DNA of 15,003 nucleotides from a virus (Duplodnaviria; Heunggongvirae; Uroviricota; Caudoviricetes): IMG/VR virus record IMGVR_UViG_2734482594_000016; one strand, 5' to 3'. Shown piece by piece: positions 1 to 12,476 of this stretch (position 1 is its first letter; each line of letters starts with the position of its first letter). The notes under the pieces were generated by a model. It saw only the letters and a program-made list of their open reading frames with translations, ran no database searches and was not told where the DNA came from. The position numbers and the translations under genes were made by a program.

Positions 1-17
1 GCACAAACTTTACGCAT
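1..17 (-). CDS. lom: lom-like outer membrane protein, first 5 codons only; gene runs off the left edge
   Basis: Reverse complement of 1-17 reads ATG CGT AAA GTT TGT GC (MRKVC), identical to the start of the complete lom copy at 7890; positions 1-311 are the inverted copy of 7596-7906. Confidence 0.5.
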
Positions 18-38
18 AATTACCTCTCGCTTTTCTGC

Positions 39-65
39 AATAAAAAAGGCGTCATTCCTGACGCC
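39..65 (-). terminator. Rho-independent terminator downstream of the inverted J fragment
   Basis: Stem GGCGTCA / TGACGCC (48-54, 59-65) with 4-nt loop, followed on the - strand by a U-run (plus-strand A-run 42-47); same hairpin as at 7842-7868. Confidence 0.6.
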
Positions 66-87
66 ATTTATTGGGGTTATAAATATT

Positions 88-1929
88 TCAACGAATACTG
101 ATGCCGGAAGCCGCTTTTTTGGTCACAATCACCGTACAGTCGGTGATATTGCCTGCCCCCTGATTGCCTTTCTGGAAAATCTTAAACTCCAGAGTGACGC
201 TACCACCACCACTAGGCATATCAATAACTGCACTGTAACTACCGGGAATGGCACCTTTAGTTTCTCTGGATGCGATTAATACGCCGTTTTTGCGAACTTC
301 AAAACCATAACCCGTGTATCGCGTGCCTCCTGGGTTATTTCCGCTCCCCGGATCGTCATACGCTATACCGTTAAAAATAATGGGCGGAATAATAATCTGG
401 CGGTCAAAGTTATGATCATCGCTTATGGTGACTGTAACCGTCCCGTTTGGTGTTTCCGTGTTACCCCACGTACCAGCCTGTTTCGGAAATGATTTGGATA
501 CAGCTTTAACGAAGTCACCTCTGACCTGAGTCGCCTCCAGCATGCCCTTAATCGTACAGTTTTCATTTACCGTGACATTGTTGAGCGTCCCGGCGTTCGC
601 ATTCACACTGCCACTGATATCCGCATTTTTAGCGGTCAGCTTTCCGTCCGGAGTCAGGGAAAATGCCGATGGATTTCCACCGCTGGTAATGGTGGGGGCC
701 GTCAGGCGTTTCAGGAACACGTCGTTCATGAATATCTGATCGCCCTGACCAACAAACATCGGTTTTGTGTTGCCATTCGCAGGATTAACCATCGCAATCC
801 TGTCCGCCGCCAGCAGCACCTGACTCTGCATGCCGTCAGGGGTGTTCTCAATACCGGCACCAATACCCGCGATATAAAGGCGTCCGTCCTGCATCTGCTG
901 CAGCTTCACAGCCCACATGCTGTTCAGGTTATTATTTGTATCAACCTGAACCTTCTGTATCTGCTGAATTGCCGCACTCTGGTCTTCCAGTTTCTTATTG
1001 ACGGTCTGCGTGATTTCATTGCTGACATCCGTAATGGACGTCCTGATTTCAGCCAGGTCAGGCGCAAGCTGACCGTTATCAATCTGCGTCCACAGCTCCT
1101 GAGCCAGATGGGTTTTCCCTATCTCGCCTTTGAAAAAATCCAGATAACCGGATGCATCATCACTCGGCTGACCAACAGCCTCCACGAATGCCGATTTGCC
1201 AACGGTGTTCACACTGCGGATATAAAAGTAATAATCATGGCCCGGTTTGATATTGATACTGGCGGCTATCCAGTACAGCGCCGTGCCAAGATAGCGTGCT
1301 GTGGTTTCAACCTGCCTGATATCCGCAATCCGCTTTTCCGAGAACCAGAACTCAAACTGTACCGTCGGATCATAAACCGCAAGATGCGGCGTGGCGGTTA
1401 TCTGAAAATAGCCCGGCGTCAGCTCAATCCGCGACAGCGCTGCCGGTGCGGCAATCCGGAACGATACCGACGCCGGATCGCCCTGCTGCCCCCACGCATT
1501 TACTGCCCGGACTGTCAGCCTGTAGTTCCCCAGCGCCAGTTGTGTGAAGCGGTAAGTGGTTTCCGTCGTCCGGGCCGTGCTGACCAGCCGCTCACTGCCG
1601 TCATCCGCTGTTACGGTCAGACGGAGCAGGAAGCTCACCCCCTTCACCACCTTCGGCGTGTCCCAGCGCGCCAGCACCTGATATTCCCCGCTGTCTGCGG
1701 TGACTTCGGCAGTCAGGTGCTGCACCGCTGGCGGCGTGACACCATTCACCGTGCCGCTCTGGTCGCCGTCAAAGTGCGCCCCGTTATCCACGATGGCTTC
1801 TTTTTCCGGCACATGCTGCACGGCGGTGATGGCATACGTGCCGTCGTCGTTCTCACGGATACTCACGCAGCGGAACAATCGCTGGTGCAGCGTCGGCAGC
1901 TTCAGCCCCCACACGCTGTATTCAGCAAC
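88..1929 (-). CDS. J: Host specificity / tail tip protein J, C-terminal ~613 aa (variant 2); 5' end lost in the N gap
   Basis: Translation begins [55 protein letters not shown] and continues with fibronectin-like repeats and a distal domain; near-identical to the + strand J over the first ~240 aa, then divergent. Stop codon at 88-90. The rest of the track ORF 88..2328 (X run and the part antisense to I) is not real. Confidence 0.85.
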   Translation of the reverse strand, partial: VAEYSVWGLKLPTLHQRLFRCVSIRENDDGTYAITAVQHVPEKEAIVDNGAHFDGDQSGTVNGVTPPAVQHLTAEVTADSGEYQVLARWDTPKVVKGVSFLLRLTVTADDGSERLVSTARTTETTYRFTQLALGNYRLTVRAVNAWGQQGDPASVSFRIAAPAALSRIELTPGYFQITATPHLAVYDPTVQFEFWFSEKRIADIRQVETTARYLGTALYWIAASINIKPGHDYYFYIRSVNTVGKSAFVEAVGQPSDDASGYLDFFKGEIGKTHLAQELWTQIDNGQLAPDLAEIRTSITDVSNEITQTVNKKLEDQSAAIQQIQKVQVDTNNNLNSMWAVKLQQMQDGRLYIAGIGAGIENTPDGMQSQVLLAADRIAMVNPANGNTKPMFVGQGDQIFMNDVFLKRLTAPTITSGGNPSAFSLTPDGKLTAKNADISGSVNANAGTLNNVTVNENCTIKGMLEATQVRGDFVKAVSKSFPKQAGTWGNTETPNGTVTVTISDDHNFDRQIIIPPIIFNGIAYDDPGSGNNPGGTRYTGYGFEVRKNGVLIASRETKGAIPGSYSAVIDMPSGGGSVTLEFKIFQKGNQGAGNITDCTVIVTKKAASGISIR

Positions 1930-2212
1930 NNNNNNNNNNNNNNNNNNNNNNNNNNNNNNNNNNNNNNNNNNNNNNNNNNNNNNNNNNNNNNNNNNNNNNN
2001 NNNNNNNNNNNNNNNNNNNNNNNNNNNNNNNNNNNNNNNNNNNNNNNNNNNNNNNNNNNNNNNNNNNNNNNNNNNNNNNNNNNNNNNNNNNNNNNNNNNN
2101 NNNNNNNNNNNNNNNNNNNNNNNNNNNNNNNNNNNNNNNNNNNNNNNNNNNNNNNNNNNNNNNNNNNNNNNNNNNNNNNNNNNNNNNNNNNNNNNNNNNN
2201 NNNNNNNNNNNN
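1930..2212. other. Run of 283 N (assembly gap or masked sequence)
   Basis: Directly visible; interrupts both the inverted J fragment and the 5' end of I. Confidence 1.
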
Positions 2213-2654
2213 GTTACATGAGGCTCTGCCTGACGGCGCTGTGATTCATATTGTTCCCAGAGTCGCCGGGGCCAAGTCAGGTGGTGTATTCCAGATTGTC
2301 CTGGGAGCAGCCGCCATTGCCGGATCATTCTTTACCGCCGGAGCCACCCTTGCAGCATGGGGGGCTGCCATTGGTGCCGGTGGTATGACCGGCATTCTGT
2401 TTTCTCTCGGTGCCAGTATGGTGCTCGGCGGTGTGGCTCAGATGCTGGCACCGAAAGCCAGAACTCCCCGCACACAGACAACGGATAACGGTAAGCAGAA
2501 CACCTATTTCTCCTCACTGGATAACATGGTTGCCCAGGGCAATGTTATGCCTGTTCTGTATGGTGAAATGCGCGTGGGGTCACGTGTGGTATCTCAGGAG
2601 ATCAGCACGGCAGACGAAGGGGACGGTGGTCAGGTTGTGGTGATTGGTCGCTGA
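2213..2654 (+). CDS. I: Tail assembly protein I, 3' portion (~146 codons); 5' end in gap
   Basis: Frame is open from the gap edge (LHEALPDGAV IHIVPRVAGAKSGGVFQIVLGAAAIAGSFF...MPVLYGEMRVGSRVVSQEISTADEGDGGQVVVIGR), matching the C-terminal part of lambda I as I remember it. Stop at 2652-2654. The track start at 2241 is a GTG inside the real gene. Confidence 0.85.
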
Positions 2655-2714
2655 TGCAAAATGTTTTATGTGAAATCGCCTCCGGGCGGTTTTATCGTTT
2701 ATGGAGCATGACGA

Positions 2715-4300
2715 ATGGGTAAAGGCAGCAGTAAGGGGCATACCCCGCGCGAAGCGAAGGACAACCTGAAGTCCACGCAGCTGCTGAGTGTGATCGATGC
2801 CATCAGCGAAGGGCCGGTTGAAGGTCCGGTGGATGGATTAAAAAGCGTGCTGCTGAACAGTACGCCGGTGCTGGACAATGAGGGGAATACCAACATCTCC
2901 GGCGTCACGGTGGTGTTCCGGGCAGGTGAGCAGGAGCAGTCACCGCCGGAGGGATTTGAATCCTCCGGCTCCGAGACGGTGCTGGGTACGGAAGTGAAAT
3001 ATGACACGCCGATCACCCGGACCATCACGTCGGCAAACATTGACCGACTGCGTTTTACCTTCGGTGTACAGGCACTGGTGGAAACCACCTCAAAGGGAGA
3101 CAGGAATCCGTCTGAAGTTCGCCTGCTGGTTCAGATACAGCGTAACGGTGGCTGGGTGACGGAAAAAGACATCACCATTAAGGGCAAAACCACCTCGCAG
3201 TATCTGGCCTCGGTGGTGGTGGATAACCTGCCGCCGCGCCCGTTTAATATCCGGATGCGCAGAATGACGCCGGACAGCACCACAGACCAGCTGCAGAACA
3301 AAACGCTCTGGTCGTCATACACCGAAATCATCGATGTGAAACAGTGCTACCCGAACACGGCACTGGTCGGCGTACAGGTGGATTCGGAGCAGTTCGGCAG
3401 CCAGCAGGTGAGCCGTAATTATCATCTTCGCGGGCGCATTCTGCAGGTGCCGTCGAACTATAATCCGCAGACGCGGCAATACAGCGGTATCTGGGACGGA
3501 ACGTTAAAACCGGCATACAGCAACAACATGGCCTGGTGTCTGTGGGATATGCTGACCCATCCGCGCTATGGCATGGGGAAACGTCTTGGTGCGGCAGATG
3601 TGGATAAATGGGCGCTGTATGTCATCGGCCAGTACTGTGACCAGTCGGTGCCGGACGGCTTTGGCAGCACGGAGCCGCGCATCACCTGTAATGCCTGGCT
3701 GACCACACAGCGCAAGGCGTGGGATGTGCTCAGTGATTTCTGCTCGGCGATGCGCTGTATGCCGGTATGGAACGGGCAGACGCTGACATTCGTGCAGGAC
3801 CGACAGTCGGATAAGGTGTGGGCCTATAACCGCAGTAATGTGGTGATGCCGGATGATGGCGCGCCGTTCCGCTACAGCTTCAGCGCCCTGAAAGACCGCC
3901 ATAATGCCGTTGAGGTGAACTGGATTGACCCGGATAACGGCTGGGAGACGGCGACAGAGCTTGTGGAGGATACGCAGGCCATTGTCCGTTACGGTCGTAA
4001 CGTCACGAAGATGGATGCCTTTGGCTGTACCAGCCGGGGGCAGGCACACCGCGCCGGGCTGTGGCTGATTAAAACGGAACTGCTGGAGACGCAGACCGTG
4101 GATTTCAGCGTGGGTGCTGAAGGGCTTCGTCATGTACCGGGCGATGTCATTGAAATCTGCGATGATGACTATGCCGGTATCCGCACCGGCGGGCGCGTGC
4201 TGGCGGTGAACAGCCAGACCCGGACGCTGACGCTCGACCGTGAAATCACGCTGCCATCCTCCGGCACCACGCTGATAAGCCTGGTTGACGGGCAGGGGAA
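2715..4300 (+). CDS. J: Host specificity / tail tip protein J, N-terminal ~528 aa up to the gap
   Basis: ATG at 2715 with GGAG 8 nt upstream; translation MGKGSSKGHTPREAKDNLKSTQLLSVIDAISEGPVEGPVDGLKSVLLNSTPVLDNEGN... matches the lambda J N-terminus from memory. Located 60 bp downstream of I. Confidence 0.9.
3814..4300 (+). repeat. Direct repeat copy 1 (~487 bp of J coding sequence), about 96% identical to 4560-5046
   Basis: Visual alignment: 3814 AGGTGTGGGCCTATAACCGCAG... versus 4560 AGGTGTGGACCTATAACCGCAG..., with scattered substitutions through to the gap edge. Confidence 0.85.
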
Positions 4301-4559
4301 NNNNNNNNNNNNNNNNNNNNNNNNNNNNNNNNNNNNNNNNNNNNNNNNNNNNNNNNNNNNNNNNNNNNNNNNNNNNNNNNNNNNNNNNNNNNNNNNNNNN
4401 NNNNNNNNNNNNNNNNNNNNNNNNNNNNNNNNNNNNNNNNNNNNNNNNNNNNNNNNNNNNNNNNNNNNNNNNNNNNNNNNNNNNNNNNNNNNNNNNNNNN
4501 NNNNNNNNNNNNNNNNNNNNNNNNNNNNNNNNNNNNNNNNNNNNNNNNNNNNNNNNNNN
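4301..4559. other. Run of 259 N inside J
   Basis: Directly visible. Confidence 1.
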
Positions 4560-6859
<2,300 letters not shown>

Positions 6860-6877
6860 ATTTTATAACCCAGAACG

Positions 6878-6904
6878 GGCGTCAGAAATGACGCCTTTTT
6901 TATT
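6878..6904 (+). terminator. Rho-independent terminator after J
   Basis: GGCGTCA-GAAA-TGACGCC hairpin (6878-6895) followed by TTTTTTATT. Confidence 0.65.
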
Positions 6905-6925
6905 GCAGAAAAGCGAGAGGTAATT

Positions 6926-7407
6926 ATGCGTAAACTTTATGCCGCCATTTTGTCCGCAGCCATTTGTCTGGCCGTATCCGGTGCGCCTGCATGGGCGTCT
7001 GAACATCAGTCCACGCTGAGCGCGGGGTATCTTCATGCCCGGACGAACGTTCCCGGCAGTGATGATCTGAACGGGATTAACGTGAAATACCGTTATGAGT
7101 TTACGGACACACTGGGGATGGTGACGTCGTTCAGCTATGCAGGAGACAAGAATCGCCAGCTGACCCATTACAGCGATACCCGCTGGCATGAAGATTCCGT
7201 GCGTAACCGCTGGTTCAGCGTGATGGCGGGGCCGTCTGTACGCGTGAATGAATGGTTCAGCGCGTATGCGATGGCGGGTGTGGCTTACAGCCGTGTGTCG
7301 ACTTTCTCCGGGGATTATCTCCGCGTAACTGACAACAAGGGGAAAACGCACGATGTGCTGACCGGAAGTGATGACGGTCGCCACAGCAACACGTCTCTGG
7401 CGTGGGG
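6926..7407 (+). CDS. lom: Lom-like outer membrane protein (Ail/Lom family), copy 1, N-terminal 160 aa; 3' end in gap
   Basis: ATG at 6926 with GAGG 6 nt upstream; signal-peptide-like start [24 protein letters not shown], then a beta-barrel-like sequence. The track ORF 6926..7819 is a chimera across the N run into the J variant-2 tail. Confidence 0.8.
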
Positions 7408-7595
7408 NNNNNNNNNNNNNNNNNNNNNNNNNNNNNNNNNNNNNNNNNNNNNNNNNNNNNNNNNNNNNNNNNNNNNNNNNNNNNNNNNNNNNNNNNNNNN
7501 NNNNNNNNNNNNNNNNNNNNNNNNNNNNNNNNNNNNNNNNNNNNNNNNNNNNNNNNNNNNNNNNNNNNNNNNNNNNNNNNNNNNNNNNNNNNNNN
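7408..7595. other. Run of 188 N
   Basis: Directly visible. Confidence 1.
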
Positions 7596-7819
7596 GTTAT
7601 GGTTTTGAAGTTCGCAAAAACGGCGTATTAATCGCATCCAGAGAAACTAAAGGTGCCATTCCCGGTAGTTACAGTGCAGTTATTGATATGCCTAGTGGTG
7701 GTGGTAGCGTCACTCTGGAGTTTAAGATTTTCCAGAAAGGCAATCAGGGGGCAGGCAATATCACCGACTGTACGGTGATTGTGACCAAAAAAGCGGCTTC
7801 CGGCATCAGTATTCGTTGA
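7596..7819 (+). CDS. J: Last ~74 codons of J (variant 2), 5' end in gap
   Basis: Encodes [73 protein letters not shown] then TGA at 7817-7819; identical to the C-terminus of the inverted fragment at 88-311. Confidence 0.8.
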
Positions 7820-7841
7820 AATATTTATAACCCCAATAAAT

Positions 7842-7868
7842 GGCGTCAGGAATGACGCCTTTTTTATT
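7842..7868 (+). terminator. Rho-independent terminator after the J variant-2 3' end
   Basis: GGCGTCA-GGAA-TGACGCC hairpin followed by a T-run (7860-7865). Confidence 0.65.
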
Positions 7869-7889
7869 GCAGAAAAGCGAGAGGTAATT

Positions 7890-8468
7890 ATGCGTAAAGT
7901 TTGTGCAGCCATTTTGTCCGCAGCCATTTGCCTGGCCGTATCCGGTGCGCCTGCATGGGCGTCTGAACATCAGTCCACGCTGAGCGCGGGGTATCTTCAT
8001 GCCCGGACCAACGTTCCCGGCAGTGATGATCTGAACGGGATTAACGTGAAATACCGTTATGAGTTTACGGATACGCTGGGGCTGGTGACGTCATTCAGCT
8101 ATGCAGGAGACAAGAATCGCCAGCTGACCCGTTACAGCGATACCCGCTGGCATGAAGATTCCGTTCGTAACCGCTGGTTCAGCGTAATGGCGGGGCCGTC
8201 TGTGCGCGTGAATGAATGGTTCAGCGCGTATGCGATGGCGGGTGTGGCTTACAGCCGTGTGTCGACTTTCTCCGGGGATTATCTCCGCGTAACTGACAAC
8301 AAGGGGAAAACGCACGACGTGCTGACCGGAAGTGATGACGGTCGCCACAGCAACACGTCTCTGGCGTGGGGAGCTGGCGTGCAGTTTAACCCGACCGAAT
8401 CCGTGGCCATTGATATTGCACAGTGTTATGACAGCCCGCCGGTTCAGGCGGGCTTTTTTGTGGGGTGA
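7890..8468 (+). CDS. lom: Lom-like outer membrane protein, copy 2 (192 aa), with a divergent and probably truncated C-terminus
   Basis: Almost identical to copy 1 through ...HSNTSLAW, then continues [17 protein letters not shown] and ends [15 protein letters not shown] without the aromatic C-terminal residue usual for beta-barrel proteins. The last codons run through a terminator-like hairpin. Confidence 0.7.
   Translation: MRKVCAAILSAAICLAVSGAPAWASEHQSTLSAGYLHARTNVPGSDDLNGINVKYRYEFTDTLGLVTSFSYAGDKNRQLTRYSDTRWHEDSVRNRWFSVMAGPSVRVNEWFSAYAMAGVAYSRVSTFSGDYLRVTDNKGKTHDVLTGSDDGRHSNTSLAWGAGVQFNPTESVAIDIAQCYDSPPVQAGFFVG
8433..8460 (+). terminator. Terminator-like hairpin lying inside the 3' end of lom copy 2
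   Basis: AGCCCGCC-GGTTCA-GGCGGGCT followed by TTTTTT, 6-35 bp before the lom stop and just upstream of the stf start. Confidence 0.5.
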
Positions 8469-8470
8469 AT

Positions 8471-11400
8471 ATGGCAGTAAAGATTTCAGGTGTACTGAAA
8501 GACGGCACAGGAAAACCGGTACAGAACTGCACAATCCAGCTGAAAGCAAAACGTAACAGCACCACGGTGGTGGTGAACACGCTGGCCTCAGAAAATCCGG
8601 ATGAAGCCGGGCGTTACAGCATGGACGTTGAGTACGGTCAGTACAGCGTTATTCTGTTGGTGGAAGGATTCCCGCCGTCACATGCCGGGACCATCACCGT
8701 GTATGAAGATTCCCGACCCGGTACGCTGAATGATTTTCTCGGTGCCATGACGGAGGATGATGCCCGTCCGGAGGCTCTGCGCCGTTTTGAACTGATGGTG
8801 GAAGAGGTGGCGCGTAACGCGTCCGCGGTGGCACAGAACACGGCAGCCGCGAAGAAGTCAGCCAGTGATGCCGGCACATCTGCCCGTGAGGCGGCAACCC
8901 ATGCGACTGATGCTGCAGGCTCAGCGCGTGCAGCCAGCACGTCAGCCGGACAGGCCGCGACTTCGGCTCAGGAGGCGTCTTCCAGCGCAGGAACGGCATC
9001 AACAAAGGCCACTGAAGCATCAAAAAGTGCTGCCGCTGCAGAGTCCTCAAAAAGCGCGGCGGCCACCAGTGCCGGTGCGGCGAAAACGTCAGAAACGAAT
9101 GCTGCAGCGTCACAAAAATCAGCAGCCACTTCTGCATCCACTGCGACAACGAAAGCGTCAGAAGCCGCCACTTCAGCCAGAGATGCGGCGGCCTCCAAAG
9201 AGGCGGCAAAATCATCAGAAACGAACGCCTCCACAAGCGCCAGCAGTGCAGCCTCCTCGGCAACGGCGGCAGGAAATTCCGTGAAGGCGGCAAAAACGTC
9301 CGAGACGAATGCTAAGTCTTCTGAAACGGCAGCGGAACAGAGCGCCTCAGCTGCGGCAGACTCTGAGACAGCAGCTGCATCATCGGCCCGTGAGGCGTCC
9401 ATTAAGGCAGAGGAGGCAGCAGCCAGTGCTAGCGCCGCCGGAAAATCGGCAGAAAGCGCCGCATCGTCCGCTTCAACAGCCACAACGAAGGCTGGCGAAG
9501 CCACTGAACAGGCCAGTGCAGCAGCGAGGTCTGCTTCCGCAGCGAAGACATCCGAGACGAACGCGAAAGCGTCGGAAACCAGCGCAGAATCCTCAAAAAC
9601 GGCTGCCGCATCGTCCGCCAGTTCGGCGGCGTCATCGGCCTCATCGGCGTCTGCTTCAAAAGATGAGGCGACCAGACAGGCGTCCGCAGCGAAGGGCAGC
9701 GCCACGACAGCATCCACGAAGGCGACAGAGGCAGCTGGTAGTGCGACGGCAGCAGCTCAGAGCAAAAGTACGGCGGAATCTGCAGCAACGCGCGCTGAGA
9801 CAGCGGCAAAACGGGCAGAGGATATTGCATCCGCCGTGGCGCTTGAGGATGCGAGCACGACGAAAAAGGGGATAGTCCAGCTAAGCAGCGCGACCAACAG
9901 CACATCTGAAACGCTTGCCGCGACACCAAAGGCAGTAAAATCAGCCTATGACAATGCAGAGAAACGTCTGCAGAAAGACCAGAATGGCGCTGATATACCC
10001 GATAAGGGACGCTTCCTGAACAACATTAACGCGGTCAGTAAAACAGACTTTGCTGATAAGCGTGGTATGCGTTATGTGCGGGTTAACGCTCCTGCAGGTG
10101 CAATATCTGGAAAATATTACCCTGTTGTTGTTATGCGTTCTGCTGGCTCAGTAAGCGAACTGGCATCAAGGGTCATTATCACCACGGCAACGCGAACCGC
10201 AGGCGATCCGATGAATAACTGCGAGTTTAACGGATTTGTTATGCCTGGTGGCTGGACTGACAGGGGGCGTTATGCTTATGGCATGTTCTGGCAATATCAA
10301 AACAATGAACGAGCCATCCACTCAATAATGATGAGTAATAAGGGCGATGATTTGCGCTCTGTGTTCTATGTTGATGGCGCTGCTTTCCCTGTTTTTGCGT
10401 TTCTCGAAGATGGCCTGTCAATATCCGCACCTGGTGCTGATCTCGTTGTTAATGATACGACCTATAAGTTTGGGGCAACAAATCCGGCGACTGAATGTAT
10501 CGCGGCGGACGTTATCCTTGATTTTAAGAGTGGGCGTGGTTTTTATGAGTCCCATTCGTTAATCGTTAACGATAACTTGTCGTGCAAAAAACTTTTTGCC
10601 ACAGACGAAATTGTAGCGCGTGGTGGTAATCAGATTCGAATGATAGGTGGGGAGTATGGGGCATTATGGCGTAATGATGGCGCTAAAACTTACCTGCTGC
10701 TTACCAATCAAGGTGATGTTTATGGTGGATGGAATACATTAAGACCGTTTGCTATTGATAACGCAACCGGCGAACTGGTTATTGGAACCAAACTGTCTGC
10801 AAGTCTGAACGGTAACGCATTGACAGCAACAAAGCTGCAAACGCCAAGACTGGTTTCTGGGGTTGAGTTTGATGGTTCAAAAGATATTACTTTAACCGCC
10901 GCGCATGTGGCTGCTTTTGCCAGAAGGGCAACGGATACATATGCCGATGCGGATGGTGGCGTTCCCTGGAATGCCGAATCAGGCGCTTACAATGTCACCC
11001 GCTCTGGCGACAGCTATATTCTGGTTAACTTCTATACCGGAGTCGGAAGTTGCCGGACCCTGCAGATGAAGGCGCATTACAGAAATGGAGGTCTGTTCTA
11101 CCGTTCCTCAAGAGATGGCTATGGTTTTGAGGAAGGCTGGGCAGAAGTTTATACCTCGAAAAATCTTCCACCAGAAAGCTACCCAGTCGGCGCACCAATC
11201 CCGTGGCCATCAGATACCGTTCCGTCTGGTTATGCCCTGATGCAGGGGCAGACTTTTGACAAATCTGCTTACCCGAAACTTGCAACCGCTTATCCGTCAG
11301 GCGTGATCCCTGATATGCGTGGCTGGACGATTAAGGGCAAACCTGCCAGTGGTCGGGCCGTATTGTCTCAGGAACAGGACGGCATTAAATCGCATACCCA

Positions 11401-11869
11401 CAGCGCCAGCGCATCCAGTACGGATTTGGGGACGAAAACCACATCGTCGTTTGATTACGGCACTAAATCCACGAATAACACTGGTGCGCATACCCATAGT
11501 TTAAGTGGCAGCACGAATGCAGCTGGTAATCACAGCCATAGAGATGGCCGTCGATTTAACCCCAGTGTTTTTAAAGATACTTATCAATATGGTTATACAA
11601 GCTCAGGTCAAAATACCTGGGGTGTACAAGGCTCAGTAGGTATGTCTACGGGGTGGTTAGCTAATACCAGTACAGATGGTAATCATAGCCACTCACTGTC
11701 CGGCACAGCAGCATCTGCAGGTGCACACGCGCATACTGTCGGTATTGGTGCTCATACGCACTCCGTTGCGATTGGTTCACATGGACACACCATCACCGTT
11801 AACGCTGCTGGTAACGCGGAAAACACCGTCAAAAACATCGCATTTAACTATATTGTGAGGCTTGCATAA
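8471..11869 (+). CDS. stf: Side tail fibre protein Stf (about 1132 aa from ATG 8471; the track uses a GTG at 8465)
   Basis: N-terminus [36 protein letters not shown]... and C-terminus ...[49 protein letters not shown] match the lambda stf product from memory. Contains a long Ala/Ser/Thr-rich shaft and His-x-His repeats near the tip. The overall architecture resembles the Rac-type long StfR, but that is unverified. Confidence 0.9.
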   Translation: MAVKISGVLKDGTGKPVQNCTIQLKAKRNSTTVVVNTLASENPDEAGRYSMDVEYGQYSVILLVEGFPPSHAGTITVYEDSRPGTLNDFLGAMTEDDARPEALRRFELMVEEVARNASAVAQNTAAAKKSASDAGTSAREAATHATDAAGSARAASTSAGQAATSAQEASSSAGTASTKATEASKSAAAAESSKSAAATSAGAAKTSETNAAASQKSAATSASTATTKASEAATSARDAAASKEAAKSSETNASTSASSAASSATAAGNSVKAAKTSETNAKSSETAAEQSASAAADSETAAASSAREASIKAEEAAASASAAGKSAESAASSASTATTKAGEATEQASAAARSASAAKTSETNAKASETSAESSKTAAASSASSAASSASSASASKDEATRQASAAKGSATTASTKATEAAGSATAAAQSKSTAESAATRAETAAKRAEDIASAVALEDASTTKKGIVQLSSATNSTSETLAATPKAVKSAYDNAEKRLQKDQNGADIPDKGRFLNNINAVSKTDFADKRGMRYVRVNAPAGAISGKYYPVVVMRSAGSVSELASRVIITTATRTAGDPMNNCEFNGFVMPGGWTDRGRYAYGMFWQYQNNERAIHSIMMSNKGDDLRSVFYVDGAAFPVFAFLEDGLSISAPGADLVVNDTTYKFGATNPATECIAADVILDFKSGRGFYESHSLIVNDNLSCKKLFATDEIVARGGNQIRMIGGEYGALWRNDGAKTYLLLTNQGDVYGGWNTLRPFAIDNATGELVIGTKLSASLNGNALTATKLQTPRLVSGVEFDGSKDITLTAAHVAAFARRATDTYADADGGVPWNAESGAYNVTRSGDSYILVNFYTGVGSCRTLQMKAHYRNGGLFYRSSRDGYGFEEGWAEVYTSKNLPPESYPVGAPIPWPSDTVPSGYALMQGQTFDKSAYPKLATAYPSGVIPDMRGWTIKGKPASGRAVLSQEQDGIKSHTHSASASSTDLGTKTTSSFDYGTKSTNNTGAHTHSLSGSTNAAGNHSHRDGRRFNPSVFKDTYQYGYTSSGQNTWGVQGSVGMSTGWLANTSTDGNHSHSLSGTAASAGAHAHTVGIGAHTHSVAIGSHGHTITVNAAGNAENTVKNIAFNYIVRLA

Positions 11870-12444
11870 TGGCATTCAGAATGAGTGAACAACCACGGAC
11901 CATAAAAATTTATAATCTGCTGGCCGGAACTAATGAATTTATTGGTGAAGGTGACGCATACATTCCGCCTCATACAGGTCTGCCAGCAAACAGTACCGAT
12001 ATTGCACCGCCAGATATTCCGGCTGGCTTCGTGGCTGTTTTCAACAGTGATGATGCATCGTGGCATCTTGTTGAAGACCATCGGGGTAAAACAGTTTATG
12101 ACGTGGCATCAGGGGACGCGTTATTTATTTCTGAACTCGGTCCGTTACCGGAAAATGTTACCTGGTTATCGCCGGAAGGGGAATATCAGAAGTGGAACGG
12201 CACAGCCTGGGTGAAAGATGCAGAAGCAGAAAAACTATTCCGGATCCGGGAGGCGGAAGAAACAAAAAACAGCCTGATGCAGGTAGCCAGTGAGCATATT
12301 GCGCCGCTTCAGGATGCGGTAGATCTTGAGATCGCAACGGAGGAAGAGAAATCGTTACTGGCCGCATGGAAGACATATCGGGTGTTGTTGAATCGTGTTG
12401 ATACATCACTATCTCCAGATATCGAGTGGCCAAGTCAACCATAA
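11869..12444 (+). CDS. tfa: Tail fibre assembly protein Tfa (191 aa)
   Basis: Start overlaps the stf stop (TAATG). Translation [61 protein letters not shown]... matches lambda Tfa from memory. Confidence 0.9.
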   Translation: MAFRMSEQPRTIKIYNLLAGTNEFIGEGDAYIPPHTGLPANSTDIAPPDIPAGFVAVFNSDDASWHLVEDHRGKTVYDVASGDALFISELGPLPENVTWLSPEGEYQKWNGTAWVKDAEAEKLFRIREAEETKNSLMQVASEHIAPLQDAVDLEIATEEEKSLLAAWKTYRVLLNRVDTSLSPDIEWPSQP

Positions 12445-12450
12445 ATCAAT

Positions 12451-12471
12451 ATCCCCTGCAATGCAGGGGAT
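12451..12471. terminator. Perfect hairpin between the convergent genes tfa and sopB, probably a bidirectional terminator
   Basis: ATCCCCTGC-AAT-GCAGGGGAT: 9-bp stem with 3-nt loop, in the 32-bp gap between the tfa stop (12444) and the sopB stop (12477); flanked by A/T-rich sequence on both sides. Confidence 0.5.
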
Positions 12472-12476
12472 AATTC

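Larger units (their letters stand above)
1..311. repeat. Inverted repeat arm A (reverse complement of 7596-7906)
   Basis: Checked by eye over positions 1-106 and 287-311, which are the exact reverse complement of the corresponding plus-strand bases; the interior was not compared base by base. Confidence 0.8.
7596..7906. repeat. Inverted repeat arm B (J 3' end, terminator, lom start)
   Basis: As for arm A; the arm is bounded on its left by the N run, so its true extent is unknown. Confidence 0.8.

Noticed and set aside
1108-2244. 378-aa + strand ORF (and the nested 1700..2221 ORF) overlapping the inverted J fragment
   Set aside because: Antisense to a well-supported J coding region, spans the N run, and has an Arg/Cys/Pro-rich translation typical of the wrong frame of GC-rich DNA.
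2332-3516. Small ORFs in and around the I-J region (2332..2517 -, 2410..2643 +, 2699..3088 -, 3131..3331 -, 3328..3516 -)
   Set aside because: All overlap the I or J coding frames in other frames or on the opposite strand, with no independent support.
6863-8580. - strand ORFs 6863..7384 and 8091..8549 and small + strand ORFs 7368..7631, 8332..8556
   Set aside because: Antisense to or out of frame with the two lom copies; several run into the N block.
8638-9929. Several 100-250 aa ORFs in alternative frames and on the - strand within stf
   Set aside because: They arise from the repetitive GC-rich Ala/Ser shaft of stf and translate to low-complexity Ala/Asp or Arg/Pro/Gln strings.
11933-12442. 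ORFs 11933..12214 + and 12158..12442 - overlapping tfa
   Set aside because: Out of frame with or antisense to tfa, which is supported by a full-length match to lambda Tfa from memory.
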